Assembly: GCA_965218795.1 (NCBI GenBank)
Contig: OZ244653.1
Span: forward strand, 4,000,001 to 4,064,000
DNA length: 64,000 nucleotides
Direction: 5' to 3'
Origin: a bacterium
GTDB taxonomy: Bacteria; UBA8248; JACPRG01; G963555815
The stretch's first letter is position 1. Every line of letters starts with the position of its first letter. The translations under genes were made by a program, and so were the position numbers. Below the pieces are notes generated by a model. The model was not told where the DNA came from and searched no databases. It was given only the letters and a program-made list of their open reading frames with translations. Positions 48,831 through 59,568 of the stretch are shown piece after piece.

Positions 48831-49187
48831 TCACCCTTTCGCCCCGGGGTTCTCGGGCGCGCGTTCCCAAAGATCGAGGAATTCCTCCGCCATCTTCGAG
48901 GAGTGCAGGCTGGCGTAACGGGTCACCTGACACCCGACGTTCTCCACCCGTTTTTCCAGTTCGGCATCCTTCATGGTTCCGTCTTCGTTGAACGCGTTCC
49001 AGGCCTTGGAGATGGAGGCCTGCTCGGGGATGACCCAGGTGTGAAGGGAACGGCCGATTTCGCGCAAGCTGTTCAAGGCGCTGTATGCCCCCATCATGCC
49101 TCCGGAGACGCCGACCAACCCGATCATCTTCCCCTCGAATTCATCGAAGCCCATCAGGTCCAGGGCATTCTTCAGCACCCCGCTAAA
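48831..49187 (-). pseudogene. NADPH-dependent FMN reductase, 5' half missing
   Basis: Begins at FSGVLKNALD...GK...VSGG; no GS/PEY N-terminal part and an in-frame stop upstream. Confidence 0.75.
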
Positions 49188-49449
49188 GCAATTTTGAGAT
49201 AGGTTCTACTGAAGGAGGTTCGATTTTTAGGCAGCAGGATAACAGGCCTGAGCAAATCCTAAGTCTGTTATTGGATTTGCTCAGGCATTGCGAGTTGAAA
49301 CCTGCTCTGCTAAGGGACAAAAATAGCGATCTCAATCAGTATAACGGTCTCGAAGAACTGAACCCTGATAAGCGCGAGAGAGCGCGGGCCCGAGGCGCAG
49401 GAAGCGGTAGCCGCCAAAAGCTTAGGAGAGAGAAGATTGAAAAGGCTTG

Positions 49450-50228
49450 GGATGATTCTCAGAAAGAGGAGGAAGCCCGCCTCAATAAAATTGACATTGT
49501 GGAAGAAGGTGCTGTTTTCGGTCATTGCCTTTCTGCTCTTCTTTCTGCTCGTCGAGGGTTATTCCCGCTTCAAGACCTACCTCGATACGGGAGGCGTTGG
49601 GAGGGTCGACCACCTTCGGGTGAGGGATTGAATCGGACGACGATACCTGGCCCGCTCGCTTGGAAGCGAGTCTGAACAGGGAGTCCTCCGGGGCTCGCAT
49701 CGAGGTGATGAATTTTGGGGAGAATCACGCTACGTCGACCACCGTCTTGAAAAGCCGCCTTCCACTCGCAAGACGCTACGCCCCCGATTTCTATATTCTG
49801 TTCAGCGGATACAACGACTATGATAAAGCTCTGCGGAAGATGACCGTCGGTCCATCCGAATCGAAAAGTCGGTCCGCGGTCAAACCCGAACCGTCCGGGG
49901 AGGCAGCGGTCGGAATCCTCGAACGGGAGGACATCATCGAGCGGATCACGCTCTTTTTTCTGAGCTACGGCGTCTTCGCCCATCGCCTGCGCGAGTGGAT
50001 CGCGAAGGTCTGGTACAAGGACATCGATTATTTCTACAAGCGCGAGAGAGCGCGGGCCCGAGGCGAAGAAAGCAAGCCGCGATCGATTTGGATGCGGTTC
50101 TCAAGATGTTTCGGGAAAACCTCGGACAGATAATCGATCGTGTCCGGAAGGATGGGGCGGATATTATGCTGATGACTTTACCGGTCCACTGGAATCACCC
50201 CGGCGCCCGTCACATTCTCGAAATTTGA
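49450..50228 (+). pseudogene. SGNH/GDSL hydrolase-family membrane protein, fragmented
   Basis: TM anchor, TWPARLE, EVMNFG, PDFYILFSGYND and FRENL spread over three ORFs. Confidence 0.65.
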
Positions 50229-50307
50229 ATCAGCCCGTGGGTCATCCAAGGGTCTTGAATGCCCCCGTCCGTGTCTTCCATTGTTCGATGAATCCTGGAA
50301 ACCTTCA

Positions 50308-51447
50308 TTGAACATCCTGCTCACCGCCAGCACATATCCGCCCGCCGCAGGCGGTGTCGAAACATACGCCTTTGAGATGGTCCGGCACCTGGAATCATTC
50401 GGCGAACAGCTCAACGTCGTGGCCCGATCTTCGACGAAGCAATGGCATGGCGACCGGGAAATCCGAAACGGCAAGGTCCAGCGAGCCCGCTCCAAACCGA
50501 TTCTCTGGACGCGATTTCACCGGTGCCTGCGCACGGGCCCCGATGTTTTATTTCTCACCCACCGTGCGGATTTCCTGACCTGGGCCCTCGCGGCAAAACG
50601 GAGCCGGGGCGTGCCGGTCGCTCTCACGGTCCACGGAAATGAAGTGTATGGCCACCGGGACCTGGGGCGCATCATCGATCAGATCAACCAGACCGACACC
50701 GTATTCGCAGTCAGCCGATACGCCGAAGGCCGGTTGCGTGAATTGGGCGTCAGGCCGGAGATATTGCACACGGTTCCGCACGGAGTGGCACTGGACAAAT
50801 TCACACTTGGCGCGTCGGCCGATTCCGGGACCGCGTTGGCCGGATGGGAGGGTCTCGACGACGCTCCGATCATCCTTTCCGCGGGAAGGTTTCGGGCGGT
50901 CAAGGGATATGATCGCATGATTCGCGCCCTGTCCGCCGTGGTGTCCCAGGTGCCCCGGGTTCGGTATGTCATCATCGGGAGCGGTCCGGAGGAGCTGCGC
51001 TGGAAGGCCCTCGCCCGCGAGCTGGGTGTGGAGGACCGCATCCTCTGGCTGCCTCCCGTTCCCTACGACCAATGGGGCGATTCGGCTTACGCCTACTACA
51101 ACGCCTGCGATGTATTCGTTGGTCCCAGCGTCCCGGACCCGGAGACCGGCGACGTGGAAGCCTTCGGGATTGCCTCCCTCGAGGCCGCGGCTTGTGGGCG
51201 GCCCGTCGTTGTGGGACGATGCGGCGGCGCGCCGGAGACCATCCAGGATGGTAAGACCGGATGGGTCGTAGACGCGGAAGACCCGGAGGCTTTGGCGGGT
51301 GCGGTCATTCGGCTGTTGAAGGATCCCGGCCTGAGAGCGAGGATGGGCGAGGCCGGACGAAAGCGGGTGGTGCAGGAATACGATTGGAGGATGTCCGCCC
51401 GTGGCGTGCGTCATGTCTTGAAGGATCTCGCCGAGCGCCGGCGTTGA
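50308..51447 (+). CDS. Glycosyltransferase family 4
   Basis: YPPAAGGVE, GRFRAVKG, EAFGIASLEAAACGRPVV. Confidence 0.92.
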   Translation: MNILLTASTYPPAAGGVETYAFEMVRHLESFGEQLNVVARSSTKQWHGDREIRNGKVQRARSKPILWTRFHRCLRTGPDVLFLTHRADFLTWALAAKRSRGVPVALTVHGNEVYGHRDLGRIIDQINQTDTVFAVSRYAEGRLRELGVRPEILHTVPHGVALDKFTLGASADSGTALAGWEGLDDAPIILSAGRFRAVKGYDRMIRALSAVVSQVPRVRYVIIGSGPEELRWKALARELGVEDRILWLPPVPYDQWGDSAYAYYNACDVFVGPSVPDPETGDVEAFGIASLEAAACGRPVVVGRCGGAPETIQDGKTGWVVDAEDPEALAGAVIRLLKDPGLRARMGEAGRKRVVQEYDWRMSARGVRHVLKDLAERRR

Positions 51448-51474
51448 AGGATTTCCGGACTGAAGAAACTGCTG

Positions 51475-52445
51475 TTGGTGTTGTGTGCGGCCCTTCCGAC
51501 TTTCTTGGTGGGAGAAAGGCGCCGCGCGGCGGTTCTTCCGGCACAAGAATTCTCTGCGGTGGCAGGCCGCTGTGATCCGGTACAAGGCGGATCCCTGCTT
51601 TGGCTGGAAAGTCATCCCGGGAGAGTACGAATGCTCTCTGGAGGTGATCCGCATCAACAAGCTGGGACCAGGGGACCCGAAATTCCGAAACGAAAGCCCT
51701 TTGGCGAGATTCGAATTCTCGTCCTGGGAGGCTCATCAACATTCAATAGCAATTCGGAGAGGGGGCAAACGTGGCCGGCTCTGTTGGAAAAAAGACTGTT
51801 GCAGAAGTTCGGCTCCGGTATCCGGGTGATGAACGCCGGAACGCCCGGATATAGTAACTTTCATTCGGTCAGAAGGCTCAGGTGTGAGTTGCTCGCCTTT
51901 TCGCCGGTATTTGATGAGTTGACCCGGTGGTCTCAGCTCCTGACACGGCTGCGCTTCGCCCTGATCAAGCTGATCCGGCACTTCAGGAAGGTCAGCGACG
52001 AGGACCGGGAAAAGGACAACCTGGATCTGCGAATCCACCCGAACGGCGTGAGGTTCTACCGCAACAACCTGCTGAAAATTCGATCGCTGCTGGCGGGACG
52101 AAAGACCCCCTGATCATCGTCAAGCAACCCCTGCCCGTCCGGCCGGACAACACGCCCGAGGAAAGAAAGCAGATACGGTACGGATACTCCGGATTTGCAC
52201 ACGACACCTTGATCAAGGCCATCCGGCTCGGCTGGCGGTCAACGACGAGGTTTGCGGCCTGGAAGGGGTCCATTGTATCCCGGCCCATCGAAGAGTTCCG
52301 TCGCCCCTGGAGTACTTTCACGACCATGTTCATCCCTCGGCCAGAGGGCGACGGGCGATTGCAGATGCAGTTTTTTCGGAAGTTGCAAAGTAAAGTGGCC
52401 GATATGAAGTCTTCCAAAATTCCGCCACTCCCCGCCGAGCGTTAG
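51475..52445 (+). pseudogene. Second SGNH hydrolase-family gene, fragmented
   Basis: RILVLGGSSTF, TWPALLE, VMNAGTPGY; GxND block missing; frameshifts; late DHVH fragment. Confidence 0.65.
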
Positions 52446-52495
52446 GCGTTGCGGGTGTATCCGGCGCGAATGGAGCGGTCCGAAGTGGAGGATGC

Positions 52496-53740
52496 ATGAC
52501 GACCGATACGGTGAGGGAGAAGTCTCTGAACGGAGCTTCGCCCGGGAAAGGGGCATTGCTCTGGGCCCGCCGCGTCAGTCGTTGGGCGTTGGTGGGGTTC
52601 GTCGTTCTGGACCCGATATCCATCTCCCTCTCCCAATTCTGTGTGGCCGTTGGAGTGCTCGCCGGCGCGACGGCCTGGGCCTTCAACCGGAGAGCGGGAA
52701 GGGCGCAGGACGAGTTTCCGCTGTGGATACCGATTGTTTCCTTCACCATCCTGACGCTGTTGTCCGCTCTCTTTTCGAACGATGTGCCGCGCAGCCTGCT
52801 GGATTCCAAGCAGCTGTTGCAGTTTTTCATCCTGTATTGGACCTTGGGCGCGGTCCCTGATACGCCATGGGCCAGAAGGCTTCTGCACCTGTTTATCCTG
52901 GTGGCGGCCGTACTGTCCCTTGTGGGGATTGGGCAGTTTTTTCTCAGCGAAGGCCCTGTGCTGACCCGGCGGCCGTACGGTATGTTGAGTCATTTCCAAA
53001 CGTTCGCGGGTGTATTGCTGCTTGGGACCCTTCCGGCTGTCTCTCTGGCGACGGCGAAGAGCGTACCGCGGAGCGAAAGGATCTTTGGCGTCCTGACCTC
53101 CCTTGTGTTGATTTTCGGTCTGCTGGTCTCGCTGACCCGGGGCGCATGGATTGGACTGTTTGTCGGCGTTGCGGTTCTCCTGGTCATTCAAGGCCGGGCG
53201 AAGTGGCTCTTGTTTCTTCCGATGATTGTCGTCGGCCTCTACATCGTCGGCCCGACGGATTTCAAGCAGAGGCTGCTCAATACTGTCCGGTTTGATGAGA
53301 ATGCCTCGGGAGAACGTCTTCGGATGTGGAAGGCAGGGTATCGGATCATTGGTTCGCATCCCGTTTTCGGGGTGGGGATCAACATGATCCGCCGGGAATA
53401 CCCGCAGTTCCGCGTAGAGGGCGCCACCAGGCTGTGGACTGGGCACCTTCATTCGAATCTGATTCATCTGGGCGCGGAGCGGGGCCTGCCCGCACTGGCG
53501 GCCTGGATCTGGATCTGGGCGGCATTCTTTTATCGGGGAGCCAAAGCGCTGCGGCAACGATTGGCTGGGGGAGAATGGACCCCTCCGGCGGAGATGGCTT
53601 CGGCCGGGCTCGCCGCTGTCGCCGGGTTCTTGACGGCGGGACTGTTCGAATACAACTTTGGTGACTCCGAGGTCGTCATGGTGGTCTATTGGATGATGGC
53701 GTTCCCATTCATTACGGGCCGGGGCATCCGGCGCGCCTAG
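52496..53740 (+). CDS. O-antigen ligase (WaaL/Wzy_C) family protein
   Basis: SLTRGAWIG, RLRMW, HPVFGVG, HLHSN, AERG. Confidence 0.9.
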   Translation: MTTDTVREKSLNGASPGKGALLWARRVSRWALVGFVVLDPISISLSQFCVAVGVLAGATAWAFNRRAGRAQDEFPLWIPIVSFTILTLLSALFSNDVPRSLLDSKQLLQFFILYWTLGAVPDTPWARRLLHLFILVAAVLSLVGIGQFFLSEGPVLTRRPYGMLSHFQTFAGVLLLGTLPAVSLATAKSVPRSERIFGVLTSLVLIFGLLVSLTRGAWIGLFVGVAVLLVIQGRAKWLLFLPMIVVGLYIVGPTDFKQRLLNTVRFDENASGERLRMWKAGYRIIGSHPVFGVGINMIRREYPQFRVEGATRLWTGHLHSNLIHLGAERGLPALAAWIWIWAAFFYRGAKALRQRLAGGEWTPPAEMASAGLAAVAGFLTAGLFEYNFGDSEVVMVVYWMMAFPFITGRGIRRA

Positions 53741-53873
53741 CGTTTGCTTTTTGAAGCTTCGGGGAATGGGATAGACGGTCGCCGGTACGGTTGGCCGGAG
53801 CCCCCCCGGGCGGACCTGGGTCACAAGACGCCGGTGAGCGAGGAACGAAGAACAGGATCGAAAGGAATCAGAA

Positions 53874-54905
53874 TTGAGCCGGGTCTTAATAACAGGAGGC
53901 ACCGGGTTCATCGGCTGCATCACGGCCAAACGATTCATGGACCGGGGCGATGAGGTAGTGGTGGTCGATAACCTTTCGCGAAAGGGAACGAATTGGAACC
54001 TGGAGTGGCTGAAAACCCAGGGGCCGTTTGATTTTGTGCAAGCCGATATCCGGAACCCGGAGGAGATGCGGGAAGCCATCGGCCGTTATCCGGACCTGAT
54101 GGCCATTTTGCACCTCGCCGCCCAGGTGGCCGTCACCACGTCGGTGTCCGATCCCCGGGAGGATTTCGACATCAACGCCTTGGGCACGTTCAACATTCTT
54201 GAAGCGGCGCGGGAGGCCCCCTGCGCCCCGCTCGTTCTCTACGCCTCCACCAATAAGGTGTACGGAGGGATGGAAGATGTGGAGGTGGTCGAGAGGGAAG
54301 GCCGATACGCGTACAAGGATTTAACGGGCGGCGTCCCGGAGTCACGGTGTCTTGATTTCCACTCCCCGTACGGTTGCTCCAAGGGCGCGGCTGATCAATA
54401 CGTGAGGGATTATGAGCGGATCTACGGGCTGAAGACGACGGTCTTTCGGCAGTCCTGCATATACGGCTACCGGCAGTTGGGGGTCGAGGATCAGGGTTGG
54501 GTGGCCTGGTTCACCATCGCCTCGGTTCTGGGGAGGCCCCTCACGATTTACGGAGACGGCAAACAAGTGCGTGATGTGCTCTTTATCGACGACCTTGTGG
54601 ATGCCTACGCCCTCGCCGTGGATGACCCGGACCGCGTCTCCGGCAAGATTTTCAATATCGGCGGAGGTCCTGGAAACGTCATGTCCCTCCTGGAGCTGTT
54701 GGACATTCTCAAAGACCTGAACGGCCGGGAGATCGAATGGTCCAACGATGACTGGAGACCGGGAGATCAGCGAGTCTTCGTCTGCGATATCGACCACGCC
54801 CGAAAGGTGATGGGCTGGGACCCCAAGGTGACGCCCGCCGAAGGGGTTGAAAGGCTTCACGGGTGGGTGATGCAGCACAAGCAGATGCTGGAGAATATCT
54901 TCTGA
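53874..54905 (+). CDS. NAD-dependent epimerase, CDP-paratose 2-epimerase-like
   Basis: GGTGFIG, HLAAQVAVTTS, STNKVYG, YGCSKG, GVEDQGWVAWF. Confidence 0.92.
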   Translation: MSRVLITGGTGFIGCITAKRFMDRGDEVVVVDNLSRKGTNWNLEWLKTQGPFDFVQADIRNPEEMREAIGRYPDLMAILHLAAQVAVTTSVSDPREDFDINALGTFNILEAAREAPCAPLVLYASTNKVYGGMEDVEVVEREGRYAYKDLTGGVPESRCLDFHSPYGCSKGAADQYVRDYERIYGLKTTVFRQSCIYGYRQLGVEDQGWVAWFTIASVLGRPLTIYGDGKQVRDVLFIDDLVDAYALAVDDPDRVSGKIFNIGGGPGNVMSLLELLDILKDLNGREIEWSNDDWRPGDQRVFVCDIDHARKVMGWDPKVTPAEGVERLHGWVMQHKQMLENIF

Positions 54906-54957
54906 TTTCGTTATTTCCTGGTCGGATTCCCGCCTCAGTTGCTCTACTGCGCGCGTT

Positions 54958-56361
54958 ATGAGCAATTTCGTCCGGGCTGGGTTGCGACCGCAAGTGAGTC
55001 GTCGTTGGATGTGGTGGATCGTCGCCCTGGCGTTGGGGTTGCGACTGTGGGTCGCCTTTGACGCCGGTAACGCTCCCCCGGTATCAGATGGCATCGAGTA
55101 TGACGGATACGCCGTTAACCTGCTTTCGGGGAAGGGTTATCAATATTTACACGAGGGAACCCTCCGCCGGTCCGACCGACTTCCCCTCTATCCCCTGCTG
55201 CTGGCGTCTTCCTATTCCATCTTCGGCCGGTGGTTCCTCCCCATCCGAGTCCTTCAAGCCATCCTGGGGGCCCTCACCGTATGGCTCCTGATCCGGTTGG
55301 CCGACCGAATATTTTCCGATCCGACTCCGCTCTTGGGAGGCCTTCTGGCGGCGGTGTATCCGGCCCTCTTGTGGTACTACGGACCCGGGTTCATCCTCAC
55401 GGAGACGGTCTTCATTTTCACGGTGATCCTGGCGGTCGAACGCGCCTCGGCGCTGCGGGAGGATCCCGCGGCGGGCCGCGCAATCGGTCTGGGGTTTGCA
55501 CTGGCGGCTTGCTCGCTCACCAAGGGCATGGGCAATCTGCTGGCCGTTTTCGTTTTCGGCTATCTGGCGCTCAGTTGTCCTTGGTCTTGGCGGATGAAGG
55601 GAGCGAGGCTGGGACTATCCGTTTTGATTATGATCGTGTGCCTCGCGCCCTGGGTGGTCCGCAATTACGATCTTCACGGCGGTCTGGTTTACAGCACGAA
55701 AGGAGGGCATGTCTTTTGGGAATCCAACAACCCGACGGCCCGAGGCGGGTGGGCGCCCGTCAATCTCCAGGACCAGGACCGGCGAGCCGATCTGTCCAAA
55801 CGCCAAAGGGCCTATCTTGCGGAGCGGCGGGAGCGCGTTCGCGCGGTTGCCCATGAAATCCGGGTCATTGAGGCACGGCATCCCTCCGAAGGGTTATCGG
55901 AGATCGAAGGAGACAGGGCCGCCCTGGCGAAGGGTTTGGATTTTCTGTCAAGCTATCCGTCGCGGATTCCCAGGTTATTCTTCCGAAAGCTGGCGCTCTT
56001 GTGGAACCCCATCGGGTCGGAGTTTTTCCTGGGTTATGCGCTTGTTCTGCCCTATGCGCTCTTGGGTTTATGGGCTGCGCGTCGGGTCTCCGGCGTAGGT
56101 ATCCTGTGGACCGGGATTTTATACTTCAATTTCATGGCGCTGGTCTTTTACGGACACCCCCGGTTTCGTCTCTATCTTGAGCCGTTCCTGATTCTCGCCG
56201 CGGCTGCGGGTCTATGGACCGCGGCGCGGGGTTGCCAAAGAAGGCCGGCCATTCTGGCGGCTCCCCTCGCACTATTGACTGTGACGCTCTGGGTCGCGAT
56301 GGACGTCGACGGGGCCCAGAGGATGCTCCAAGGCGCATTTTCCATCTTGGGATTGAGATGA
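54958..56361 (+). CDS. ArnT/PMT-like (GT-C) membrane glycosyltransferase
   Basis: SDGIEY, R.PLYP, LTE, PWVVRNY, PRFR; multi-TM. Confidence 0.82.
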   Translation: MSNFVRAGLRPQVSRRWMWWIVALALGLRLWVAFDAGNAPPVSDGIEYDGYAVNLLSGKGYQYLHEGTLRRSDRLPLYPLLLASSYSIFGRWFLPIRVLQAILGALTVWLLIRLADRIFSDPTPLLGGLLAAVYPALLWYYGPGFILTETVFIFTVILAVERASALREDPAAGRAIGLGFALAACSLTKGMGNLLAVFVFGYLALSCPWSWRMKGARLGLSVLIMIVCLAPWVVRNYDLHGGLVYSTKGGHVFWESNNPTARGGWAPVNLQDQDRRADLSKRQRAYLAERRERVRAVAHEIRVIEARHPSEGLSEIEGDRAALAKGLDFLSSYPSRIPRLFFRKLALLWNPIGSEFFLGYALVLPYALLGLWAARRVSGVGILWTGILYFNFMALVFYGHPRFRLYLEPFLILAAAAGLWTAARGCQRRPAILAAPLALLTVTLWVAMDVDGAQRMLQGAFSILGLR

Positions 56362-58004
56362 CCGACCGGCCAATTCCGCCTGATCCACCGGGGGCTCCGG
56401 GGCCAGAGTTTGGAGAGACCGGAGAGGGAGGCCTGGAGCGTCCGTGGCGTGCCGCGCAGTCCGTCAGCGGCGTCACCCTCATCTCCGGACTGGGCGCCGC
56501 CGTCGGACTCGTGTCCAATGCCCTCATCGCTTTTCACTTCGGCGCCGGCCGGTTGACCGACGCCTTCTTTTTGGCCCAATCCATCCCGATCGTACTGGCG
56601 CATCTCCTCCAAAGCGGTCCACTGCCGAGCGTGTTCATGCCTGTCTTCGTCCGAATCCGGACCGAAGCCGGCCCCGAGGCGGCGTGGCGGTTTTTCAATA
56701 ATCTGCTGAACCTTGTCCTGGTGCTGAGTCTGCTTCTCTCGGCGCTGGGTTTCCTCCTGGCGCCATGGATCGTCCGCTGGGTGGGCGCGGGATTCGACGG
56801 GCACACGTGGGAGACGAGTATCCGCGTGCTCCGTTTCCTTATCTTTACGATCCTGTCTCATACGCTTTCGGGCCTGCTGATCATTGCGCTGAACGCGCTG
56901 AACCTGTTTGTTCTTCCGGCCGCCCTCAGCTTGCTTCCGACGTTGGGCGTTGTGGTCTGCATGGCTGTGTTCGCGCCATCGATGGGGTTGGATGCCTGGA
57001 TACTGGGGAACCTGGCCGGCTCCGCCGTGTTTTTGTCGGCCCTCGGGGCGGCCCTTTGGAGTCAGGGTTGCCGCTATCGTCCTGTCCTGGAGTTCCGACA
57101 GCCGGAATTGCGGGAGGTGCTCCGTCGGGTTTCCCGATTCTTCATCAGTTCGGCGTTCACTCAGGGTCAGATCTTGAGTACGAAGTTCGTGGCCTCCCTT
57201 CTGGCCCCCGGAAGCCTTTCGGCGCTTGCGTACGCGGAACGGTTGTTCCTGGCGGCCTCCGCCCTGTTTACCATTCCCCTGCCCAACGTGATATTTCCGG
57301 AATTGGTGCGGATGAAGGTGGCCGACCGCCTGGCGGATTTGAAGGACTTGCTGTTCAAGGCGTCGCGGGTCCTTGTCCTTTTTCTTCTTCCGATTTCTTT
57401 GGGCATGATGGTCATCAGCGGCCTAGTGGTCGCCGTCTTGCTTCAGCGTGGCGCATTCGGCCCGGAGGACGCGTTCCGGACGAGTTGGTCGATGGTTCTG
57501 TACTTCATCGCCATCGTGCCTCTGGGATACAAGATGCTCTTCACCAATACTCATCACGCCTTGGGGAAGACTCGGGTTGTCGTGACTGGCCTGTGCGCTG
57601 CACAGGGAACCATCATCATCGGCAATTTTCTTTTCGCTTGGTGGTTCGACTATCTCGGCATTCCCGTTGCCCACGTCTTGGGACAACTGGTGCTTGTGGG
57701 CGTGCATGTTCACTCCCTCAAGCAGTCTTTCGAGCTGAAAGGGATATTCTGGAACCCTTCCAATCGCCGGGCCCTCCTCGCCGCGGTCCTGATGGGACTC
57801 GTCGCTATCGTCTTTCAGGTGTTCTGGCCGGAGGGGCTTTCCGGCACCCTCGTCGGCAGAGGGGGAATGCTGGCGACGGTTATCCTGGTGGCAGCCATCG
57901 CGTATTCAGGTCTGGTCCTTGGATTCGGGGTCCCGGAGGTCAGGGAGGTCATCGCTCAAGTGAGGGAGCGGATGCGGGGGGAGCCGGCACAACCCGGCGC
58001 CTGA
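56358..58004 (+). CDS. MurJ/MviN-like lipid-linked oligosaccharide flippase
   Basis: FGAGRLTDAFFLA, YAERL, LLQRGAF. Confidence 0.85.
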   Translation: MTDRPIPPDPPGAPGPEFGETGEGGLERPWRAAQSVSGVTLISGLGAAVGLVSNALIAFHFGAGRLTDAFFLAQSIPIVLAHLLQSGPLPSVFMPVFVRIRTEAGPEAAWRFFNNLLNLVLVLSLLLSALGFLLAPWIVRWVGAGFDGHTWETSIRVLRFLIFTILSHTLSGLLIIALNALNLFVLPAALSLLPTLGVVVCMAVFAPSMGLDAWILGNLAGSAVFLSALGAALWSQGCRYRPVLEFRQPELREVLRRVSRFFISSAFTQGQILSTKFVASLLAPGSLSALAYAERLFLAASALFTIPLPNVIFPELVRMKVADRLADLKDLLFKASRVLVLFLLPISLGMMVISGLVVAVLLQRGAFGPEDAFRTSWSMVLYFIAIVPLGYKMLFTNTHHALGKTRVVVTGLCAAQGTIIIGNFLFAWWFDYLGIPVAHVLGQLVLVGVHVHSLKQSFELKGIFWNPSNRRALLAAVLMGLVAIVFQVFWPEGLSGTLVGRGGMLATVILVAAIAYSGLVLGFGVPEVREVIAQVRERMRGEPAQPGA

Positions 58005-58061
58005 GTTGCGCCGGGAACGAATGTGCTATCCCGTCATCGAGGGGAGGCGTCCGCCGTTCGA

Positions 58062-59213
58062 TCAACGATTCTCTTGTCTTGGGAGTCTCGGAGTAAAGTT
58101 AAAATCTTCCCGTTTCGCGGTGAACTGGTAAGCTTGATTTGGACGCTTTGGGGAGCTTCCGGTCCAGTAGAGGTAATTCCACATGTGGTTGTAATGGCGC
58201 AAATGCCAAATCGGATATTGATAAACGAGATAATCGCTCCGGAGCGCAACGCCGAATGCCGCGAATGCCGAATGGCTCATGTCCCCGATGGCGCCTCCAG
58301 AGATGACGTCTTTGATCCGGTCGGAGGGGATTCGCGCCGGTAAGGACCTGGGCCCGCCCTTCGGTTCTATTCCAACTCGACGGTAAAAATTCTCAATCGT
58401 ACCCAGAGCCTTACGGAAAACGTCCTCGCTGGTTCCCGTGCTCTGATGAATGACCTGATCAAGCTCGTGGTGGTAGGCCTCGGGCTTGCGTCCGGTCTTT
58501 GAGTAGAAGGCCTGCGTCAACTCAAGAAAGCTCAGAGGAATCCCTCCGCGTTCGTAATGGGCGTTGTACAGGGGATCCATCAACACCCACTTTCGATGAT
58601 CGGACGACCAGGCCTCCGCCGTTATGTGACGGTATCCAATCACCTCGCGGGCTGGAATTCCGACCACGCCGGCCGCCTGCACGAATAGCGTCGCCGCCTC
58701 CCCGCACATCATCCGCTCGTTTCTTTGTATCCCCCGCAGGAGTGTGAAGCCTCCCTTGCCCTCACGGGTCAGCGAGTACGGAATCTTCGAGAGTGTCAGG
58801 GGCCAAACCTTTTCGTGCGTCCACTGACGAATACGAATGGCCTTGTTGAAATTGGAAGTCGTGGAAGCGACCAGGGCATCCAGTTTGTTCTGCTTGCGAA
58901 AGGCGACCGCCGACGGGTGGCTTGGGTCCAGCAAGTCGAAGCCCACGCTTGAACCGGACCTGACGGGTCGGATTCCCTCTTTCCAGTCGAACAGATAACT
59001 TGTCAGAACATTCTTTCGGAAGGCCAGATACCCCTTCAGGGGATTTTCGAAATAAGCGGCAAAATGCGCATAGGAAATGTTTGGATAATTTCCCCGGTAG
59101 TCGAGTCCGAAGAATGTAGACAATCCGACCAAGGCCAACAGGGTAATGGAGAGAAGCAGGCGTCTGCGGCTCGATCCGCTGGAAAGAAAAGCCGCATCGG
59201 ATTCATCGTTCAA
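58062..59213 (-). CDS. Transglutaminase-like domain protein
   Basis: MCGEAA...HITAEAW...WVLMDP Cys-His-Asp triad; N-terminal TM. Confidence 0.8.
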   Translation of the reverse strand: MNDESDAAFLSSGSSRRRLLLSITLLALVGLSTFFGLDYRGNYPNISYAHFAAYFENPLKGYLAFRKNVLTSYLFDWKEGIRPVRSGSSVGFDLLDPSHPSAVAFRKQNKLDALVASTTSNFNKAIRIRQWTHEKVWPLTLSKIPYSLTREGKGGFTLLRGIQRNERMMCGEAATLFVQAAGVVGIPAREVIGYRHITAEAWSSDHRKWVLMDPLYNAHYERGGIPLSFLELTQAFYSKTGRKPEAYHHELDQVIHQSTGTSEDVFRKALGTIENFYRRVGIEPKGGPRSLPARIPSDRIKDVISGGAIGDMSHSAFAAFGVALRSDYLVYQYPIWHLRHYNHMWNYLYWTGSSPKRPNQAYQFTAKREDFNFTPRLPRQENR

Positions 59214-59341
59214 TTCACTTCTCAGCTCTCAGCTTCTCGTACCCGGGTTTCTTGCAATCTTCATCGCAACGGCCGATTTTGTATTATAGCCTGGTTTCAC
59301 TCTGGAGGGGGTGGAGCCCAGCTGACCTCATGGAATCCGCC

Positions 59342-59370
59342 TTGACAGCGTGGACAGCCGGAATTAAGGT
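59342..59370 (+). promoter_or_regulatory. Sigma-70 promoter
   Basis: TTGACA-17nt-TAAGGT, about 200 nt upstream of the neuB-like gene. Confidence 0.55.
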
Positions 59371-59568
59371 TTCTCTGATAGATACATGGAATCCAATGGC
59401 TCATCAATTGAGCGGATTGAAGGTTTGCGCGAAGTGGGCAGCCCTTCAGGATAGCGATTGATCATCCCGCGCGTCCCTTCGGCGATAGGGGGCGAAGCCG
59501 CCCTCCTCCCATCCCGCCTGTGACGGCGCGGGTCCCTTGGCTGAGTCAAAATCAATCCTGTCAACGAA

